64,000 bases of DNA from Candidatus Woesearchaeota archaeon (GTDB lineage: Archaea > Nanobdellota > Nanobdellia > SCGC-AAA011-G17 > JACPIM01), in NCBI GenBank assembly GCA_964513145.1, contig CAZELK010000003.1:1-64000 (forward strand), written 5' to 3'. Position numbers and translations under genes: made by a program. Shown one piece after another: positions 57,345 to 64,000 of this stretch. The stretch's first letter is position 1, and the number at the start of each line of letters is the position of its first letter. The notes beneath the pieces are model-generated. The model searched no databases. It saw only the letters and a program-made list of their open reading frames with translations, and had not been told where the DNA came from.

Positions 57345-57377
57345 CCAGACTGAGCTACGGGCCCATTTATTTAATTG

Positions 57378-57410
57378 AAATATGTAGGTTATTATGCATC
57401 TAGTAAAAAA
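57378..57410. other. 16S pre-rRNA processing stem, 3' arm (relaxed BHB)
   Basis: AAATATGTAGGT and ATCTAGTAAAAA are inverted at 58991-59022 and flank a bulged centre. Confidence 0.7.
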
Positions 57411-57413
57411 ATA

Positions 57414-58958
<1,545 letters not shown>

Positions 58959-59160
58959 TAATCGCAAGACTTTTATGAAAATAAAAGATCTTTTTACTAG
59001 ATTCTGCGCGACCTACATATTTGCATCATACTTAATGAAAATTAAGTACTCATAGACCCATATGTTTATCATTGAAATCAAAACATATGGCTTCAATTTA
59101 TGAATAGAATTGTGAATATTATCTTTAAGCCGCCATGAAAATTTTTAATCAAATTACTTC

Positions 59161-59174
59161 TATATAAATGTTTC
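59161..59174 (-). promoter_or_regulatory. Probable rRNA operon BRE/TATA promoter
   Basis: GAAACATTTATATA on the minus strand, about 200 nt upstream of 16S. Confidence 0.55.
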
Positions 59175-59246
59175 TTTTTAAATGGCTTTGGTGATATAAA
59201 ATTCTTATAGCTGTTTAACTTGCAGATTAACGAAGTGATTATTGGT

Positions 59247-60446
59247 TCAAAACTCAATTAATTTTCTTTGGCTTTTTTTATTTTTTAATAAAATACTTTT
59301 ATTTGTTATTTTATTTATACTAAATTTTAATCTTTCCTGCATATTATTTAATGCTTCTTTTAAATTATTAAATTTTAAGGGTGGTTTTTTGAATGAGTTT
59401 CTAGTTACTTCTCTTAAAATGCCGACGCCTAACTGAGCCCAATAATCACCTATTTCTCTTATTATTAAAATCCCAGCCTGCCTTTTTATTTGATTTAAAT
59501 ATTCGCAAGCAGCTAATCTATTTGCATAATATGCTCCTGTAACATCAAAGGCATATTTCTTTTTGCCTTCGTAACCTTCATAATCCTGCCAAAAATAATT
59601 ATCATCTAAACCAGGCAGCTTTATTTCTATTACTTCAAAAGACCATTCATTTGGGAATAAAATAATTTCATAATGATTTTCTAGATAAGTATCATGAAAA
59701 ACTAGAATCTCACTTAACCATTGATAATCTTTGATTTTTTCTGTTAAATCTTTTGATATTAAAGTATCAACTGCTGTGATGCTCCATTTTGTCGGAACTA
59801 ATTTTCTTTGCTCCACGATTCCAAGCAAGCCAGATGATAATATTTTTACTAAGTAACTTATATTGAAACCTTTTTTGTAAAGCTCTAAAATACTTTCTTT
59901 TGATTTTACGTCTTTACTGAAAACAGCTTTTTCGACTGGCTTTTCTATTTTAATATTTTCAGTTATTACTGCTTTTCTTAATGGTGCGGGATTAGACATT
60001 GGGACTGATTTAGAATCAAAAATAATGTTGAAATCTGGTTTTCTGTCCAAATAAAACTCAACATCAACTGATTTTTTACTCATTGAAACTTCCTGCATAA
60101 CTTCCAATAATTTATTTTTACTTTTAATATTGCTTTTAAAGCGAGAATATATCATTGAACTTCTTCTAGACAGAATATCCTGGATTTCTAATTTTTCCCT
60201 AAACCAGTCTTCAGGGTTGCTTAAATTACCTGAATCTTCTTTATATTCTATTGGGGAAATTATTCCAGTAAATATATTTGGATAATTATATTCGCCTACA
60301 AAAATATCTGGCGGTGTGTTTCCTAAAAATTCCAGATTAAATGTTTTTGGAGAGAACTTTTTAGTTATTTCTTTAAATGGACAAAAACCATCTTTTAAAT
60401 AAGGATGCTTTCCATTACAAGACTGACATAAATAACCCATTTTCAT
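59247..60446 (-). CDS. nreA: DNA repair protein NreA
   Basis: N-terminal Zn finger, PPDIFVGEYNYP, RKLVPTKWSITAVD, GAYYANRLA, GVGILRE, C-terminal PIP-like QRKLIEF. Confidence 0.9.
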   Translation of the reverse strand: MKMGYLCQSCNGKHPYLKDGFCPFKEITKKFSPKTFNLEFLGNTPPDIFVGEYNYPNIFTGIISPIEYKEDSGNLSNPEDWFREKLEIQDILSRRSSMIYSRFKSNIKSKNKLLEVMQEVSMSKKSVDVEFYLDRKPDFNIIFDSKSVPMSNPAPLRKAVITENIKIEKPVEKAVFSKDVKSKESILELYKKGFNISYLVKILSSGLLGIVEQRKLVPTKWSITAVDTLISKDLTEKIKDYQWLSEILVFHDTYLENHYEIILFPNEWSFEVIEIKLPGLDDNYFWQDYEGYEGKKKYAFDVTGAYYANRLAACEYLNQIKRQAGILIIREIGDYWAQLGVGILREVTRNSFKKPPLKFNNLKEALNNMQERLKFSINKITNKSILLKNKKSQRKLIEF

Positions 60447-60513
60447 GTATTAGTTAAATAAATATATAATAATTTTGCAATAAGCTTATAATTTAGTTTA
60501 ATTTCATTCTTTT

Positions 60514-60735
60514 ATGTTAGACAGATTAAAAGAAACTTGTAATTCTTTGAAAACAGCTTATGATTTGGGTTGTGAAAGACAGAAATCTCTTTTAGAAATC
60601 ACTATTATAAATGGAGATAATAAACTTTCTTCTGAAGAAGCTTGCCGTAGAATTAAAGAATTAGACCTTATTTATATTAACCTTAATATTTTAGAAAAAA
60701 TAGCTTTTGATTTTGGGTGCATGGAAGAATATTAA
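60514..60735 (+). CDS. Hypothetical protein
   Basis: 73-aa ORF with ATG in an otherwise empty gap. Confidence 0.45.
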   Translation: MLDRLKETCNSLKTAYDLGCERQKSLLEITIINGDNKLSSEEACRRIKELDLIYINLNILEKIAFDFGCMEEY

Positions 60736-60889
60736 TTATTATTTTTTATCTGTAATATATTTCTTTTTTAGCAAGAGCATTTTGTCTTAAAAAAGGCTGA
60801 GCAGTTCATTGTAATTGAAATAAATTTAACTTATGAAAATTAAGATTTTTGGAGAGAGAAACTTTTGAATTTTGATGAGGATATGAGTT

Positions 60890-61153
60890 TTAAATAGCGC
60901 CAGCCATAATTCTATAATTGTGTTTTTTTATTAAGTCTTCCAAGGCTATTCTTTTCTCTTCGCCTAATTCTCTTTTGGCTTCTTCATCAAAATTTATAGT
61001 AATAATTTTATCCTGACCATTTGTTTCCATAACTTTTAGAAATTTTCCAATTAAGCCATCGTAATCAGTTTTACATGATTTTACTTTAGCTGTACCAGAA
61101 TTATAAACATTATACCTTCCATGCTCGTATTTTATTTTGAAGTCAAAATCCAT
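60890..61153 (-). CDS. Hypothetical protein
   Basis: 87-aa ORF downstream of the HerA-like gene. Confidence 0.5.
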   Translation of the reverse strand: MDFDFKIKYEHGRYNVYNSGTAKVKSCKTDYDGLIGKFLKVMETNGQDKIITINFDEEAKRELGEEKRIALEDLIKKHNYRIMAGAI

Positions 61154-61186
61154 CTTAAATTTTCCATAGTTTTTATTTATAAATCT

Positions 61187-62503
61187 TTACTTTATAATTA
61201 GTTTTTTTTGTTCCTTAACTGCTGAGGGTGCTTCACCACCATGCCAACTTTTTTTTGGGTGAACTTGTATCTGATAAATTCTTTCTGAATTATCATCAAG
61301 CAATATCCCAGCACCCCTATATTTTGGAAGATTATTTATTTGAGTAGCAAGATCAGATATTAAATAAGACTGCATGATTGTGTTTAGAGCTTCAATATCT
61401 TTTTTTGCAGTTAGTCTATGGGCTAAAACTATATCTGCCTGAGTTAGCGCGTCTTTTATTATTTCACCAGGCTGCTGTGTAATTAATATTAATGAAATAC
61501 CTGGCTGACGGCCTTCTCTTATGACTCTTGTCAATGTTTCTGTTGCCGGAGTCTTTTCATCTTTTGACAGAAATTCTTGAATTTCATCGATTACAATCCA
61601 GACTAAAGGTTCTTCTTGTTTTCTTTCTTCTTCAAAATATTCACTTTGGAATTCAATGTTTTCTATTTCTTCAAATTTTCTTGAAATAATTCTTTCCTCC
61701 AAAATTTTTCTGGAAATTAATGATATTACCAATGCCTTAATCCTTGTATTTCCAGTTATGTTAGTATATGAACTTATATCAATAACTGAAACTTTTCCAG
61801 GTCCAATAATCTCTTTTATTTTAGTTCCTCTTTCACTAAACAAGCCCCATTTATCAGATGTTAGAAACCTGTTTTCCAGAGCGATTTTTACTTCAGAATT
61901 GATTTTTTTAGATTCTTTTATTTCTTTAACAATATCCTTAATCGAGAAATCATCTTGTTTTTCCTTTAAATCTAAAATTGTTGTTTCCAATGCGACACCC
62001 ATTGACTCTGTTATTTTAATTTCAAAAACTTCGCACCAATCATTTGCATTTAATTCTGAAGTTCTTATTGAAAAACTAAAATCTGCAGGAATCTTATTTT
62101 CTTTATATTTATTATAAAAACCTTCTGGAACATACAAGTCAATTGGAATTGATTCTGCCCTTAAATTCCATTCTTCTAATAATGACTCCTGTATTTTATT
62201 TGGAAACTTCATTGTCCAGAAAATCCCCATTGTATCAAAAAATAAAACAGAAATATTTTTTTTAACATCTTCCTGTAATGTAGAAATTTCTTCTGCGATA
62301 ATAGACGAACTGTAGGATTTCCCAGATCCTTTTTTGCCGACTATTAGGATTGTATGGGTTTTGGCAACATCTAAATAAATATTATTTGACAAGGAAATAT
62401 TTTGACCTATCTGGACATATTGTTTTCCTAGAAAAATAAGTCCTTTATTACCAAACTTTTTTTTGTCTTCTTCATTTCTTCCAATTATTATGTCAAAAAC
62501 CAT
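61187..62503 (-). CDS. HerA/FtsK-like (DUF87) ATPase
   Basis: ILIVGKKGSGKSY, FFDTMG, IDEIQEF, REGRQPGISL, TQQPG. Confidence 0.85.
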   Translation of the reverse strand: MVFDIIIGRNEEDKKKFGNKGLIFLGKQYVQIGQNISLSNNIYLDVAKTHTILIVGKKGSGKSYSSSIIAEEISTLQEDVKKNISVLFFDTMGIFWTMKFPNKIQESLLEEWNLRAESIPIDLYVPEGFYNKYKENKIPADFSFSIRTSELNANDWCEVFEIKITESMGVALETTILDLKEKQDDFSIKDIVKEIKESKKINSEVKIALENRFLTSDKWGLFSERGTKIKEIIGPGKVSVIDISSYTNITGNTRIKALVISLISRKILEERIISRKFEEIENIEFQSEYFEEERKQEEPLVWIVIDEIQEFLSKDEKTPATETLTRVIREGRQPGISLILITQQPGEIIKDALTQADIVLAHRLTAKKDIEALNTIMQSYLISDLATQINNLPKYRGAGILLDDNSERIYQIQVHPKKSWHGGEAPSAVKEQKKLIIK

Positions 62504-62560
62504 CTTTTTTAATTTGTTTTTATTAGACAGACTTAAATATTAATTTATCGATTTAAATTT

Positions 62561-63205
62561 ATGAAAAAAATTGGAATAATCGGTTCTGGAAATGTTGGTC
62601 AGACTCTCGGACTTGGATTTTTAAAATTGGGCTATGAAGTTAAAATAGGAACTAGAGAAAAAAATAAGTTAGACGAGTGGTTAAGCAAAGCTGGAAAGAA
62701 TGCTTCTGTTGGTGATTTGACAGAAACCGCAAAATTTGCCGAAATCATAATTTTATGCACAAAATGGGAAGGAACAGAAAATGCGATTAATCTTGCAGGA
62801 AAAAATAATTTTAAAGGAAAAATTGTCATTGATGTTACAAACCCATTATTATTTGAAAAAGAAAATGAAGCTCCAAATTTAGCTTTGGGATACCCGAATT
62901 CAGCTGGTTTAACTATACAAAAATGGCTTCCAGATTCACATGTTGTCAAGGCTTTTAATATTATCACTGCGAATTACATGACAAACCCAGATTTAAAGGA
63001 CGGAAAGCCTGACATGTTTATAGCTGGAAATGATAAGAATTCAAAAAAAATAATTACTGAAATTTTATTGAAATTTGGATGGAATGTTTTTGATATTGGA
63101 GACATAAGCCAGGCTTATTTATTGGAATCCTTAGCAATGCTTTGGATAAGATTTGGGTTTTTAAATAACCACTGGACACATGCTTTTAAGCTTTTACAAA
63201 AATAA
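62561..63205 (+). CDS. NADP-dependent oxidoreductase (F420:NADP reductase-like family)
   Basis: IGIIGSGNVG, GTRE, IDVTNPL, VVKAFN, AGND. Confidence 0.85.
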   Translation: MKKIGIIGSGNVGQTLGLGFLKLGYEVKIGTREKNKLDEWLSKAGKNASVGDLTETAKFAEIIILCTKWEGTENAINLAGKNNFKGKIVIDVTNPLLFEKENEAPNLALGYPNSAGLTIQKWLPDSHVVKAFNIITANYMTNPDLKDGKPDMFIAGNDKNSKKIITEILLKFGWNVFDIGDISQAYLLESLAMLWIRFGFLNNHWTHAFKLLQK

Positions 63206-63243
63206 TAGCAAACTATTTAAACAATTAATTTTAAAATTTGTTC

Positions 63244-63789
63244 ATGGCATTAACAATTTTACTTGTAATTTTAGCAGGAATAGTTCTTTTATTTATTTTA
63301 ATTTATAATAGGCTTGTCAGCTTAAAAAACCAGACAGAAAATGCTTGGTCGCAAATAGATGTACAATTAAAGAGAAGATACGATTTAATTCCTAATTTAG
63401 TTGATACTGTCAAAGGATATATGAAGCATGAAAAAGAAATTTTGACAATGGTTACTGAATTAAGATCTAGATTAATATCTGGAAATGTAGAAGAAAAAGC
63501 CAAGGCAAACAACCAGTTTAGTAATGCTTTAAAAAGTATTTTTGCTGTTGCTGAAAGCTATCCAAAACTGAAAGCAAGCAAGAATTTTTTAAATTTACAA
63601 GATGAATTAAGCGCAACCGAAAATAAAATATCTTATGCAAGGCAATTTTATAATGACAGTGTTTATGGATTAAATACAGCCATAGAATCTTTTCCTACAA
63701 ATATTGTATCTATAATATTTAATTTTTCCAAGAAAGATTATTTTGCTGTAGAGGAAGAAGCTAAAAAACCTGTTAAAGTAAATTTTTAA
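63244..63789 (+). CDS. lemA: LemA family protein
   Basis: N-terminal TM, YNRLV, WSQIDVQLKRRYDLIPNLV, ESYPKLKA, ENKISYARQFYND. Confidence 0.93.
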   Translation: MALTILLVILAGIVLLFILIYNRLVSLKNQTENAWSQIDVQLKRRYDLIPNLVDTVKGYMKHEKEILTMVTELRSRLISGNVEEKAKANNQFSNALKSIFAVAESYPKLKASKNFLNLQDELSATENKISYARQFYNDSVYGLNTAIESFPTNIVSIIFNFSKKDYFAVEEEAKKPVKVNF

Positions 63790-63975
63790 AAAACATAATA
63801 TTTAAATATATAAATAAACTGATAATTTTATGCAGCATAATAACAAAATAATTAGTATTAATAGTTTTTGTTATTTAGTCTGCTAATAAACACTTACACG
63901 CGTTTTCTTCTGATTCTTGCTGTAGGTGTTTTACATAAAGTTTCTGAAGAAAATGTGCTGTAATTAGGAGGAAAA

Positions 63976-64000
63976 ATGGTAGAAGCACAAACTTTGGAAA
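63976..64000 (+). CDS. Start of an unidentified CDS, truncated by the window end
   Basis: AGGAGG at 63966, then ATG GTA GAA GCA CAA ACT TTG GAA. Confidence 0.55.

Larger units (their letters stand above)
57218..57364 (-). tRNA. tRNA-Ala(UGC) with introns at 19/20 and 59/60; CCA not encoded
   Basis: Spliced GGGCCCGUAGCUCAGUCUGGUAGAGCACUGCCCUUGCAAGGCAGGGGCCUCGGGUUCAAAUCCCGACGGGUCCA; G3:U70 Ala determinant; lies in the 16S-23S spacer. Confidence 0.93.

Overview
AT-rich chromosomal segment of a DPANN archaeon (Woesearchaeales/Pacearchaeales-like by inference from the fused PriS-PriL primase, PolD, split Hef and the archaeal 16S). It carries replication and repair genes (cdc6-DP1-DP2, Hef helicase, ERCC4 with an in-frame TAA, hjc, nreA, two HerA-like ATPases), four aminoacyl-tRNA synthetases, rps19e-PDCD5-rpl39e-rpl31e, kae1, ychF, surface proteins and a minus-strand 16S-tRNA-Ala-23S operon. 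The main signal is ten short, ORF-less introns whose ends I could fold into bulge-helix-bulge (BHB) motifs and whose removal restores the conserved sequence: six in 23S, one in 16S (inside the 806R primer site), two at non-canonical positions in tRNA-Ala(UGC), and a 19-nt mRNA intron splitting the catalytic Asp codon of cbf5. One 23S intron contains a box C/D-like element antisense to the adjacent exon, and another contains a tRNA-like T-arm. Also present are two bacterial-type sigma-70 homologues, a bacterial-type Cfa and guanylate kinase, a 56-aa histone-fold gene missed by the ORF track, and three families of dispersed intergenic repeats. E. coli rRNA positions were assigned by eye from conserved motifs; no database searches were run.
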